DNA from: a virus
Lineage: Duplodnaviria > Caudoviricetes
Reading direction: 5' to 3' (one strand)
Virus record (IMG/VR): IMGVR_UViG_3300005611_000094
Location: 1-36,028 of that record
DNA length: 36,028 bases
Below are positions 1 to 8,064 of the stretch, piece by piece. The notes below the pieces were generated by a model. That model saw only the letters and a list, made by a program, of their open reading frames with translations. It searched no databases and was not told where the DNA came from. Numbering within the stretch: the stretch's first letter is position 1; each line of letters begins with the position of its first letter. A program made the position numbers and the translations under genes.

Positions 1-49
1 GTTTTGAAATAAATTCATCAAAGTCTAAATAATACTTGCTTTTTTCCAT
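1..49 (-). CDS. 5' end of a late gene running off the left edge (MEKSKYYLDFDEFISK...)
   Basis: ATG at 49, open to position 1; follows terminase and a promoter-like element. Confidence 0.6.
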   Translation of the reverse strand, partial: MEKSKYYLDFDEFISK

Positions 50-62
50 AAATGTACTATAG

Positions 63-95
63 CGAAATTACGGGAATTATTTTATTGTTGTCAAG
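63..95 (-). promoter_or_regulatory. putative host-sigma (Bacteroidota/FCB-type) late promoter
   Basis: Minus strand CTTG-N21-TAATTTCG (one mismatch per box to TTTG-N19/21-TAnnTTTG); also reads TTGACA-N18-TAATTT. Confidence 0.5.
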
Positions 96-101
96 AGAAA
101 T

Positions 102-1589
102 CTACAATAATTTCCAACTTTTAGTTGATTTCCTTCTATACCAGGGGTCTTCTTGCATTTCTGAGGTAGAATCATGCGTAGGTCTATAACAATTCTTGTT
201 TGCATAAAAGAATCCATCTAACAAGTCATCGTGCTTACCACGAGGATATAATGTTAGTTCATCTATAAATGCTTGCATATTTTTTTGAATATACACTTTT
301 TTATTAGCAAACAATGGTTGTAAGCTTTCTAATCGATACGATTTGCTAGTTCTAGGGTTTTCTTTTATTTCAAGTCCAGGAATAAACATTCCTAGTTCTT
401 CTGCTTTTTCTTTAATGTATTGTCTCAACATTTCCTGATATCCAACAGATTCAATCCTTGTTTTAGCACTTTTGTAATTTTTAAAGTTATTGATAATAGA
501 ATCAGCTAAATCTAAGGGAGTCGCTCTCTTTCTGTAATACGGGAGTACCCAACGATTATTATCACCATCAACAGCAATATTGAATATAACACTATAGTCT
601 GCTCCTTTCTTCGTACTAGATGCAGGGTCGATGCCAGTAAACACGTTTACAGGTCTCCTCTCGTTTACTTCCTCACCATTGAGGTTCGTCAGAACGAGGG
701 TCGACAACCCTTGCTCACTTTGTTCGATGTATCCATCGTAGTACTGAACGTCATCTTTTCTAAATAAATTATCTTCATCACCTACAATTTGACATAGGTA
801 TTCTCTATAAAACACCGATAATCGGTTAATACTTTCTAATTCTTCTTTCTTTTCCTTTAATTTCTCTACAGGCCATACCTCTGGCCATAAACTATAATTC
901 TCTTCTAAGATAGGTCTATACTCTTTGGTATTCCAACCTTTCATCTCTTTTAAGGTTTCTACCAAACAACGTTCGTGTTGGGGAGTACCAATCACCACAA
1001 TCCTACCTTTAAGCGGGTCAACAGATGGAACACCAGATTGTAATAACCAACGCAGGTTATACTCCATTGCCTCAGCAGTCTTGGTATTATTCTCATCTTC
1101 AGGGTCATCAAGGATTAAAAGAGTAGGTCGTTGATTTCCGTGTTTGATACCACGTATCTGCTGACCTGTACCCTTACATACAATTAAACTGCCGTCTTTT
1201 AGTTCTACTTCGGTATTAGTCCACTTTCTAGCAGATTGCATTCCCCAGTATCCAAAGAAGTATCGGAACTCTTGTGAATAGTCCAATACATCTTTAATAG
1301 TACCTAAAAGCTTGGTAGCGTGGGATTGTGTTCGGGAAACCAATACGATTACCTTCACACCAGGAGTGAACATCAAATGAAACAAAGGAAATATCCCAGC
1401 CGCTACCGAACTTTTTGCATGACCTCTAGGAGCAATGATGTTTATTTGTTTCTCATCATCGTTGAGCAGTTCCTTAGTCAGGTCATAGTGAAAGGGAGGT
1501 GATTCACTACTAAACATATTGGGCATCACCATACGCCCAAATAACAACATATCCTGTTGCATTTCTAATAATATCTTTTTCTTATCCAT
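102..1589 (-). CDS. terL: terminase large subunit
   Basis: Walker A APRGHAKS, Walker B LLILDDPE, coupling motif IGTP, RNase H nuclease GIDPA and HDDLLD. Confidence 0.95.
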   Translation of the reverse strand: MDKKKILLEMQQDMLLFGRMVMPNMFSSESPPFHYDLTKELLNDDEKQINIIAPRGHAKSSVAAGIFPLFHLMFTPGVKVIVLVSRTQSHATKLLGTIKDVLDYSQEFRYFFGYWGMQSARKWTNTEVELKDGSLIVCKGTGQQIRGIKHGNQRPTLLILDDPEDENNTKTAEAMEYNLRWLLQSGVPSVDPLKGRIVVIGTPQHERCLVETLKEMKGWNTKEYRPILEENYSLWPEVWPVEKLKEKKEELESINRLSVFYREYLCQIVGDEDNLFRKDDVQYYDGYIEQSEQGLSTLVLTNLNGEEVNERRPVNVFTGIDPASSTKKGADYSVIFNIAVDGDNNRWVLPYYRKRATPLDLADSIINNFKNYKSAKTRIESVGYQEMLRQYIKEKAEELGMFIPGLEIKENPRTSKSYRLESLQPLFANKKVYIQKNMQAFIDELTLYPRGKHDDLLDGFFYANKNCYRPTHDSTSEMQEDPWYRRKSTKSWKLL

Positions 1590-1695
1590 TTTTTATAACT
1601 ATCGTCACTTCAAAATCTTCTGCTACATCTTGCAATACTGCTAGTAGCTCGTCAAGATTCGTCTTCTTGCCCGATATAATGATTGTTTTCTTCAT
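1582..1695 (-). CDS. small hypothetical protein (37 aa, MKKTIIISGKKTNLDELL...)
   Basis: Hand-translated; fills the gap between the 264-aa gene and terL, overlapping both. Confidence 0.55.
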   Translation of the reverse strand: MKKTIIISGKKTNLDELLAVLQDVAEDFEVTIVIKNG

Positions 1696-2446
1696 CTATC
1701 TGTCTCGTTTGTGTTGCTTTTAGTTTCTTAGTCTGTTTTTCATAACTAGCTGCAATCTGATGCGACATATCCATCTCCAAGGATTCTGTAACCTGTTTCG
1801 TCTTAGGTTTCATATCTAAAAACTCTGACAACTCTTTAGCTGCTCGTATCATATTACCAGAGTCTTCCTTTACCTTAGCTACTTCAATAGCATCTTTTAT
1901 TACATCTAGTACAAATCCTTCATCGATGTTCTTGTCTGTTAAGACTTCTTTCAATTTATCCTGTATCATCTTCTTTACCTGCTTTGTTTTAAATAATCTT
2001 TTTGCTGCAATAACGGGATTATCTTGGTCAGGCCTATATAATCTACCTATTTTCTCCCAATCTGGCGATAAACCTGCCATTTTGTACGTTATATACGCAT
2101 CCATAGCTAAATCAGCACCTTTCTTTTGTACTTCCAAGTCATTATAACTCTTTGTAGACACGGTACTAAAGTTATTTGACCTCCAATGCGGTTCAAACTC
2201 TAGTTTTCCCCACGCAGTTAGCCATTGTCTACCATATGGGTAGGTATATTCTATTTTATCACCATATTCCTTACGATATATGCACTCTGCAACGTATCCA
2301 TCGTCAGATATACCGTACTGACCTTCCTTTGCTTCCCCCCAATGTTTCCATTTTAGGCCTTGTTCTTTAGCTTCTGCCTTAGTATAGACCCTAAATGTTT
2401 GAGGTTGGAAGTTATTCCTCTTCAGCTTCTTTGTTATCGTTATCAT
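1652..2446 (-). CDS. probable terminase small subunit
   Basis: Upstream of terL; C-terminal half has an HTH-like then helical pattern (AAKRLFKTKQVKKMI...AAKELSEFLDM) typical of TerS. Confidence 0.6.
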   Translation of the reverse strand: MITITKKLKRNNFQPQTFRVYTKAEAKEQGLKWKHWGEAKEGQYGISDDGYVAECIYRKEYGDKIEYTYPYGRQWLTAWGKLEFEPHWRSNNFSTVSTKSYNDLEVQKKGADLAMDAYITYKMAGLSPDWEKIGRLYRPDQDNPVIAAKRLFKTKQVKKMIQDKLKEVLTDKNIDEGFVLDVIKDAIEVAKVKEDSGNMIRAAKELSEFLDMKPKTKQVTESLEMDMSHQIAASYEKQTKKLKATQTRQIDEENNHYIGQEDES

Positions 2447-2621
2447 ATTTTTTTTCTAAAAATTTTTTAAAGGAATCCGTTTCCTCTTTATAGTCAATAT
2501 ACTCTTGTAATAGCTTATCTATGTTGAAAAGCAGCATTTGTTGCTGTTGAATGGTTCTATCCATCCCTGCCATAATATCTACCATTTGCTTGTATGTTAA
2601 CTTTTTCTTTGTTTTTTTCAT
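2412..2621 (-). CDS. hypothetical protein
   Basis: 69-aa ORF with AGGAG RBS; overlaps next gene. Confidence 0.7.
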   Translation of the reverse strand: MKKTKKKLTYKQMVDIMAGMDRTIQQQQMLLFNIDKLLQEYIDYKEETDSFKKFLEKKYDNDNKEAEEE

Positions 2622-2721
2622 ATCACTCCTAATGTAGGGTATAAATAAGATAATTAATCGCTAATATATTCGTAGTTTATACATAAACGTATTTAAATTA
2701 GCTAATTAATAAGCTAATAGA

Positions 2722-2907
2722 CTAATTTTTCTCTTTAATTACGTACACCCCTAGTTTCATTGCTTCTATTTTAGCTGTTATTTCTAATTCAGATTCCATC
2801 ATATCGTAAATACGTATCGCTTCTTCATTTGCTTCAGATAATGGTACCTGTATCCATTTACCTGTTTTTCTATCAAATCTTTCTAGATATCGCTTTTTAC
2901 GCTTCAT
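2722..2907 (-). CDS. hypothetical protein, first gene of the late strand
   Basis: 61-aa ORF; no SD; TAAATTAA box 3 nt upstream of ATG. Confidence 0.65.
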   Translation of the reverse strand: MKRKKRYLERFDRKTGKWIQVPLSEANEEAIRIYDMMESELEITAKIEAMKLGVYVIKEKN

Positions 2908-3188
2908 ACGTTAATTTACACAACAAATGGTATTGAAGTCCAGACAAATAAAAAATACCAAAAAAAAATTGGGTTAGAATGTGTGTGCGTAATATATAGT
3001 AAACCTACACACCCCTTATTTTGGTTGACTTATAATTATTTCGTTGAAATTGAACTTTTTAGTTATTCGTTGTACTCTCACTCTCTTTCCAAAATAAGCT
3101 GAGTGTGTACAGGTTTAGACACCCTTATAATAGCCTGCTACCTTTTTCGTAGTGGGAAATTTAATTCTTAATAGAAAGAGAGTATAAT
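2908..3188. promoter_or_regulatory. divergent control region between late (-) and early (+) modules
   Basis: Strand switch; ACACACCCCTTA at 3007-3018 and ACACCCTTATAAT at 3119-3131; several inverted repeats. Confidence 0.6.
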
Positions 3189-3428
3189 ATGATTAAAACA
3201 GTAATGAATAGAGCATTTTCCGAAAAAGGTATCTGGGGAAAGCCCCTCGCTTTTCTTGGTATTTGGGATAACTTCTTCGTACAAAGTGATGAAGAACTAA
3301 CCGAGTGCAAGGTAAAACTGGAAAAGCGTGGTCTTTCCTGCCAGAAGATTGGCACTCCTGTTACTTTCAACAAGGATACTGATAAAGCAGAGACCTTTGA
3401 TAAGTATCAGATTATTGCTGGTTCATAG
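3189..3428 (+). CDS. hypothetical early protein
   Basis: 79-aa ORF with GAAAGAGAG RBS. Confidence 0.7.
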   Translation: MIKTVMNRAFSEKGIWGKPLAFLGIWDNFFVQSDEELTECKVKLEKRGLSCQKIGTPVTFNKDTDKAETFDKYQIIAGS

Positions 3429-3605
3429 GTAGGATTGCCTTGGTGTGTGGTGTCATTCGTGGCACCATACACTTTAAATACCCTACAACAAAAAAATGTA
3501 ATTGATGGAATGAATGGCGAAAGTCCCAATACATTACTCAGAGGAAGCGTTCTGAGCATTCCATCATATTACATCATAATGTAGTAAGGGAAACACACCC
3601 CTTAC
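3429..3605 (+). ncRNA. structured intergenic RNA (three consecutive stem-loops)
   Basis: 13-bp hairpin 3443-3472 with TTCG loop; 17-bp bulged stem 3496-3512/3557-3574 enclosing two hairpins; 7-bp hairpin 3584-3605. Confidence 0.5.
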
Positions 3606-3642
3606 ACAGTTTTAATATTCATAAATAAAAAAGGAAACTGAT

Positions 3643-3861
3643 ATGAAAAGTATACGATATCATTTGATATGTGAGTTAAATAGAAGATGGAATGTTGCAT
3701 TTGGTGTAAAGATGTTTGAGTTTGGTAAATTAAAAACCAGAGCATTACTTGCATTAGATGAATGCCAAACATTACAAGAAGTAAAGAATCTGATGCAAGA
3801 TTATCGTGGGTATGATAGATTATCTACAACAAGCGGTAGTCAATCAGCGTTCTACAATTAA
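3643..3861 (+). CDS. hypothetical early protein
   Basis: 72-aa ORF with AAGGA RBS. Confidence 0.7.
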   Translation: MKSIRYHLICELNRRWNVAFGVKMFEFGKLKTRALLALDECQTLQEVKNLMQDYRGYDRLSTTSGSQSAFYN

Positions 3862-3882
3862 TAACAAGAGGCAAGAAATATT

Positions 3883-3909
3883 AGGGGAATAATTATAGAT
3901 TATTTCCCT
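3883..3909 (+). other. intergenic hairpin (processing site or terminator)
   Basis: AGGGGAATAAT-tatag-ATTATTTCCCT, 11 bp with one G-U, followed by a T-rich tract. Confidence 0.5.
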
Positions 3910-3950
3910 TTTATTTCGTATATTCACGCACAAAAAAAAGGATAAAAATA

Positions 3951-4307
3951 ATGAATAAAATGTTAGCAATAATAGTATTCTTGGTATTTGGTTTAATGAT
4001 ATATCTTGGATTTGTAGTAGAAACTTACAAACCAGTGGTAGAACAAAATCAACCTGGAATACTACCAAAGAAAGAAGTAGTAAATAATAACTACGAATTA
4101 CCAGAACTCTCTGAACAAGAAATAACAGTTACTGATAGTTTAATAAAAGATAATATCAGTACATCCGAAGACATATCAGAGAGAAAAAGTGTAGAGGATA
4201 TGATAAAAAGAGTCGATGATATCTTGACTGGAAAAGTAGAGCAAGATACCATATCATTCAACTACACTATAAAAGCACCAGAGATTACACTTCCCTGGGC
4301 TAACTAA
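3951..4307 (+). CDS. membrane-anchored hypothetical protein
   Basis: N-terminal hydrophobic segment MLAIIVFLVFGLMIYLGFVV then an acidic soluble domain. Confidence 0.7.
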   Translation: MNKMLAIIVFLVFGLMIYLGFVVETYKPVVEQNQPGILPKKEVVNNNYELPELSEQEITVTDSLIKDNISTSEDISERKSVEDMIKRVDDILTGKVEQDTISFNYTIKAPEITLPWAN

Positions 4308-4412
4308 AAAAAGAGAGTAATTGTACACAGTGCTTGGCAGGGTTTTTGTCACAGAGTATGCTCTCTTTTTCCTTGCCAGCACACCCCTAATCAGATTAAT
4401 AATAATAAGGAT

Positions 4413-4646
4413 ATGAATATGGAAAATAAACAGGAACTTTATGGTAATATGAACATTAAAGAATTAAACAAATGTTCAGTTACCTCAAAAGAAGTAATAG
4501 ATAGAGATACGATTTGGCAAGTATTCTACGACGAAGAGAATGATGAACTATATCGTATCAGAGTAGAAAAAGTAAAAGAAAGATGGAACAGGGAAGCAGA
4601 GTACTACGCAGATAAATATAATGATGAAAAGGAATGTTACAGATGA
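4413..4646 (+). CDS. hypothetical early protein
   Basis: 77-aa ORF, AAGGA RBS (start may be 4419). Confidence 0.7.
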   Translation: MNMENKQELYGNMNIKELNKCSVTSKEVIDRDTIWQVFYDEENDELYRIRVEKVKERWNREAEYYADKYNDEKECYR

Positions 4647-4960
4647 AAAAAGATAATATAACATACATTGATGGTACAGGTAAAAAAGTAACAAGTAAAG
4701 AAAAGTATACAAAGTTTCCTTACGAAATGGAAGAAGCAACATTCCTTGAAGAAGGACACGAGTTATTAACAGTACAAAATCCATTTAGTGGTGAATCATA
4801 TACATTAACACCAGTAGAAGAAAGTGTGTACTCAATGATAATGGGTTCACAAATGATGCCTATGTATATGACAAGTCCTGGATTACAAAAGATTGTAAGA
4901 CAGGGATTAGATTGGTTTAGAGATAATAATGCAAAAGCGTATATGACGTTATTAGATTAA
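4634..4960 (+). CDS. hypothetical phage protein
   Basis: 108-aa ORF ending GLDWFRDNNAKAYMTLLD; coupled to upstream gene (start may be 4643). Confidence 0.75.
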   Translation: MLQMKKDNITYIDGTGKKVTSKEKYTKFPYEMEEATFLEEGHELLTVQNPFSGESYTLTPVEESVYSMIMGSQMMPMYMTSPGLQKIVRQGLDWFRDNNAKAYMTLLD

Positions 4961-4982
4961 TAATAAAAAAAAGGAGAGTAAA

Positions 4983-5684
4983 ATGATAGATAGAACTATG
5001 TGGTTTCTATATAACAGACTTGGTGATAGTGGTAAACAGGCACCAAATATTGATTCAATATCTGAAATGTTCTTTAACTATTGGAAGATAATGAATGCAT
5101 TAGATATTAATACACAAACATTAAGTGCTATTGATATTTACAATGGTCTAAGTAATTGCTATGATAAATCAGCAAGGTCAACAGCAAAGAACCTATATGA
5201 GTATGGTGAAGTTGCAGCTAATGCAGATTATCGTGTTAGTTATTACGAACAAGACCACGAAATATATGATGTATATGCAAATTGTGTAAATCTAAATGAA
5301 GTATTAATTGAGGGTGCAGAACCTGAATTTGATGATACAGAACCATTTAGAGACGCATTAAACGAAGTAGCATTCGAAGACATAGATTATGAAGTTGAAA
5401 GTGAAACATTTAATTTGAACGAAGACTCTATTGAATGGTATAAAACTTGTCACCCTGGTGATGATAAGTTGATAACATATATGTATGATACAGGTAAGAA
5501 CCTTGATTGGGATGCTATTGAAGAGTTTCTTAGTGATAAACTAGATATGGTAGAACATCAGAATGTTGATTTACATCAATCACAGATTAGAAAGTTTATG
5601 TTAGATAGACTTGCTAATCAAAACACTAATATCATAGATGGTTTAGAACAAACTGAAACAAATACAAATGAAGTTCAAAACTAA
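4983..5684 (+). CDS. acidic early protein
   Basis: 233-aa ORF, AAGGAG RBS; about 48 D/E versus about 16 K/R by hand count. Confidence 0.8.
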   Translation: MIDRTMWFLYNRLGDSGKQAPNIDSISEMFFNYWKIMNALDINTQTLSAIDIYNGLSNCYDKSARSTAKNLYEYGEVAANADYRVSYYEQDHEIYDVYANCVNLNEVLIEGAEPEFDDTEPFRDALNEVAFEDIDYEVESETFNLNEDSIEWYKTCHPGDDKLITYMYDTGKNLDWDAIEEFLSDKLDMVEHQNVDLHQSQIRKFMLDRLANQNTNIIDGLEQTETNTNEVQN

Positions 5685-5760
5685 TTAGTTACATTACAGG
5701 TGGTCCAGCAAGGTGTGAGAATAAGCATCGATTTAAATGGAATATCCTGAGTAACTTAAA

Positions 5761-6013
5761 TCAGAATAGAGGTAATAAAGTGGAACAACAGATGTCGACA
5801 GTTACTTGAAACTTTATTGTCTTAGTGAGGTAGTATGTAAGGCGGTCACCGTGACGCATTACTACCTCAGTTCTGAATAATCAGAATAGAAATGGTGTTA
5901 CAGGAAAAGTAACTTAAATGTGAGCCCTTTAGTGGAATAAAATTGTGCTAATTGAATACTTTATCCCCTCTTAATTGTGACGTGGATAATGCCTCAAGCC
6001 ATTTCAGTTCTGA
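5761..6013 (+). ncRNA. two tandem stem-closed RNA units (5761-5876, 5881-6013)
   Basis: Each starts TCAGAATAGA and ends TCAGTTCTGA; inner arms covary (GAGGTA/TACCTC vs GAAATGG/CCATTTC). Confidence 0.6.
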
Positions 6014-6041
6014 ATAATATTAATAATAAGGAGAGTATAAA

Positions 6042-6494
6042 ATGGGATTAGACCAATATGCGGGTACAATGCGTACCAAAACATATGAATATGAAACACC
6101 AGAAGGTGAAAAGAAAGTAGATGAATATCAGATGGCAGGTCCATTTGAATGGCGTAAACACGCAAGATTACAAGAGTTTATGAATAAACTTTATATGGAA
6201 AAAAATAAACTTGGAAGCAAATGGGAAGAATCAGAACCAGACTCAGATGGAAAAGTTTGGTACAATCCTATTAGTTGGGAATCAATAGAACTTACAGAGG
6301 AAGACATTGACAGATTAGAAAAAGCTATAAAAAATCATTATAGTGGATATTTTTGTGATGGTGGTTTCTTCTGGGGTCACGAAATTCAAGAGTCTCAAGC
6401 AGAATACTACAAAGAAAAAGATTTAGAATTTGTAGAATTTGCAAGAGAAGCATTAGCAGATGGTGAAAGAGTCATCTACGAGTGTAGTTGGTAA
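6042..6494 (+). CDS. conserved phage hypothetical protein (MGLD...WRKH...GFFWG...Y-x-x-SW type)
   Basis: Motif pattern familiar from phage early regions; AAGGAG RBS. Confidence 0.8.
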   Translation: MGLDQYAGTMRTKTYEYETPEGEKKVDEYQMAGPFEWRKHARLQEFMNKLYMEKNKLGSKWEESEPDSDGKVWYNPISWESIELTEEDIDRLEKAIKNHYSGYFCDGGFFWGHEIQESQAEYYKEKDLEFVEFAREALADGERVIYECSW

Positions 6495-6501
6495 TGTAAA
6501 C

Positions 6502-6581
6502 TTATTGTCCCCTAGTGATGGCCTGGTATGTCACGTAGTGGTGTATAAATCTAGATGGTAAACACAGCTAGGGGATGATAA
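6502..6581 (+). other. intergenic 14-bp stem enclosing about 52 nt
   Basis: TTATTGTCCCCTAG (6502-6515) / CTAGGGGATGATAA (6568-6581), two G-U pairs. Confidence 0.6.
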
Positions 6582-6596
6582 ATAATAGGAGGGCAT

Positions 6597-6806
6597 ATGC
6601 CTTATAAAATAATAAATGGTGAACCAAAATTCTATCCAGAAATGGTAGTAAAACAAGATGAAGAATGGCGTAAACAAACACATAAAGAATTTTATGAAAT
6701 GTATGGTCATTGGTATTGGTTTACAGGTTATCCAAAGAGACAATTAAAAAATTGGATAGAACAATATGATAGGAGTGATAATGAGCAAGAACAGAACAAT
6801 GGATGA
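6597..6806 (+). CDS. hypothetical protein
   Basis: 69-aa ORF, AGGAGG RBS. Confidence 0.7.
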   Translation: MPYKIINGEPKFYPEMVVKQDEEWRKQTHKEFYEMYGHWYWFTGYPKRQLKNWIEQYDRSDNEQEQNNG

Positions 6807-7035
6807 TATGTGGGTATGTGATTATTGTGGTTCAGAAGAAGTAGAAGAACAGGCGTGGGTTAATATGAATACCCTTGAAGTCACAGAAGGTCTTGAAGGA
6901 AGTATATATTGGTGTAGTACTTGTGATGATGAAATATCCCCAATGACATACTTTGAATGGACAGAAAAGATTGCCGAAGAATGTGGAGGCAATAAAGATA
7001 AATACGATGAAATAACAAGTGGGAGTAGAATGTAA
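6781..7035 (+). CDS. zinc-ribbon protein
   Basis: CDYC...CSTC pairs; AGGAG at 6771 favours start 6781 over 6766. Confidence 0.7.
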   Translation: MSKNRTMDDMWVCDYCGSEEVEEQAWVNMNTLEVTEGLEGSIYWCSTCDDEISPMTYFEWTEKIAEECGGNKDKYDEITSGSRM

Positions 7036-7223
7036 TGGAAGAATATATTACAGGAATTAAAATAGATGTATACTATGGATTTGATGAAGAAGGTGGTTAT
7101 TACTTAGATACTGATAGTATCAGAGAAGAGTTTGAACAAAAGTTGAGCGAGTTAGAAGGTGATGTACAACACTTAAATCACGAACGAAATGACCATTTAA
7201 GATTAAAACATATGGAGGGATAA
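7035..7223 (+). CDS. acidic hypothetical protein
   Basis: 62 aa; TAATG stop/start coupling on both sides. Confidence 0.7.
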   Translation: MEEYITGIKIDVYYGFDEEGGYYLDTDSIREEFEQKLSELEGDVQHLNHERNDHLRLKHMEG

Positions 7224-7378
7224 TGAGCAAAGTAACTGATAAAGAATGTTTAGAAGCAATAGACTACTTTATAAATATGGATATGATAAATAATGGAATG
7301 AAAAGTGATGAAAGACATTATTGTGCCATATTAATAAAAAGAGTAATAGAAACATTGGAGGTTCCAAATGGAAAATAA
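7223..7378 (+). CDS. small hypothetical protein (51 aa, MSKVTDKECLEAIDYF...)
   Basis: Hand-translated; GGAGG RBS, TAATG coupling, fills the gap exactly. Confidence 0.65.
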   Translation: MSKVTDKECLEAIDYFINMDMINNGMKSDERHYCAILIKRVIETLEVPNGK

Positions 7379-7757
7379 TGCAAGAATAATAACTAACATA
7401 CAAAACACTTTGAAAATGGTACGTGAACAACTTGATGCTGAAAATATAGTACCAAAAAGAGTAAAGTATACATCGTTACTAATTGATGATATTGGTCAAC
7501 GATTAGATATTGGTGCTGAAAAATATGGTATGCAAGTACCAATAGAAGAATCAGATGGTAGAATATTTACACAAGAAGCATACGAAGAGTTATGTGATGC
7601 TATTGTGTATCTATCTTCTATTGCATTGAATCTTGTTAGTAAAGCAACAGATGAAGATGAAAGATATCACGCACATATGATGGGTAATATATTGTTTAAT
7701 ACTTGTTATCAAACAATTAAATATATGGAGTTGATATATGAAAAAGAAACGATATAG
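7368..7757 (+). CDS. all-alpha NTP pyrophosphohydrolase (MazG/dATP-dGTP diphosphohydrolase-like)
   Basis: RLDIGAEKYG...QEAYEELCDAIVY fits the G-x-x-KYG / E-x-x-EE-x-x-D metal-binding pattern. Confidence 0.55.
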   Translation: MENNARIITNIQNTLKMVREQLDAENIVPKRVKYTSLLIDDIGQRLDIGAEKYGMQVPIEESDGRIFTQEAYEELCDAIVYLSSIALNLVSKATDEDERYHAHMMGNILFNTCYQTIKYMELIYEKETI

Positions 7758-7977
7758 AAAAGATGAACTACAATTACTTGCAAAACAATTTGTGATGAAA
7801 CGAATTGAAGGATTTGAAATAGAAGAACAACGCAAGTATTACTTAGAACCTAAGTTAGTAGATGAATGGTCATACTATGTGTATTGTACTTGGAAAGACA
7901 ATACAATGATAAGAGGTTGGGATTTAGATTATCTATATGACACACCCCTTGGTATGCCTAAATTTATAGGTGAATAG
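7738..7977 (+). CDS. hypothetical protein
   Basis: 79-aa ORF with GGAG RBS. Confidence 0.7.
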   Translation: MKKKRYRKDELQLLAKQFVMKRIEGFEIEEQRKYYLEPKLVDEWSYYVYCTWKDNTMIRGWDLDYLYDTPLGMPKFIGE

Positions 7978-7986
7978 TAACAAAAG

Positions 7987-8031
7987 TATTTGGATTAGGA
8001 AGTGTTTATAATTAACTTCCTAGTCTAAATA
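7987..8031 (+). other. 17-bp hairpin before the replication genes
   Basis: TATTTGGATTAGGAAGT / ACTTCCTAGTCTAAATA with two G-U pairs, 11-nt loop. Confidence 0.65.
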
Positions 8032-8064
8032 TTAATATTAATAATAATAAAATAAGGATAAAAT

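Noticed and set aside
2622-2721. Replication origin or pac site in an AT-rich gap with GCTAAT repeats
   Set aside because: Short AT palindromes are expected by chance; no independent support
3496-3574. Hammerhead, twister or pistol ribozyme
   Set aside because: A three-way junction is present but the conserved catalytic cores (e.g. CUGANGA/GAAA placement) are not
5826-5835. TGAGGTAGTA matches the 5' end of the let-7 miRNA and sits in a hairpin
   Set aside because: Only 10 nt, in a phage context; the rest does not match, so it is coincidence
5759-6018. CRISPR mini-array
   Set aside because: One full palindromic junction and two half copies, spacers ~100 nt, no cas genes
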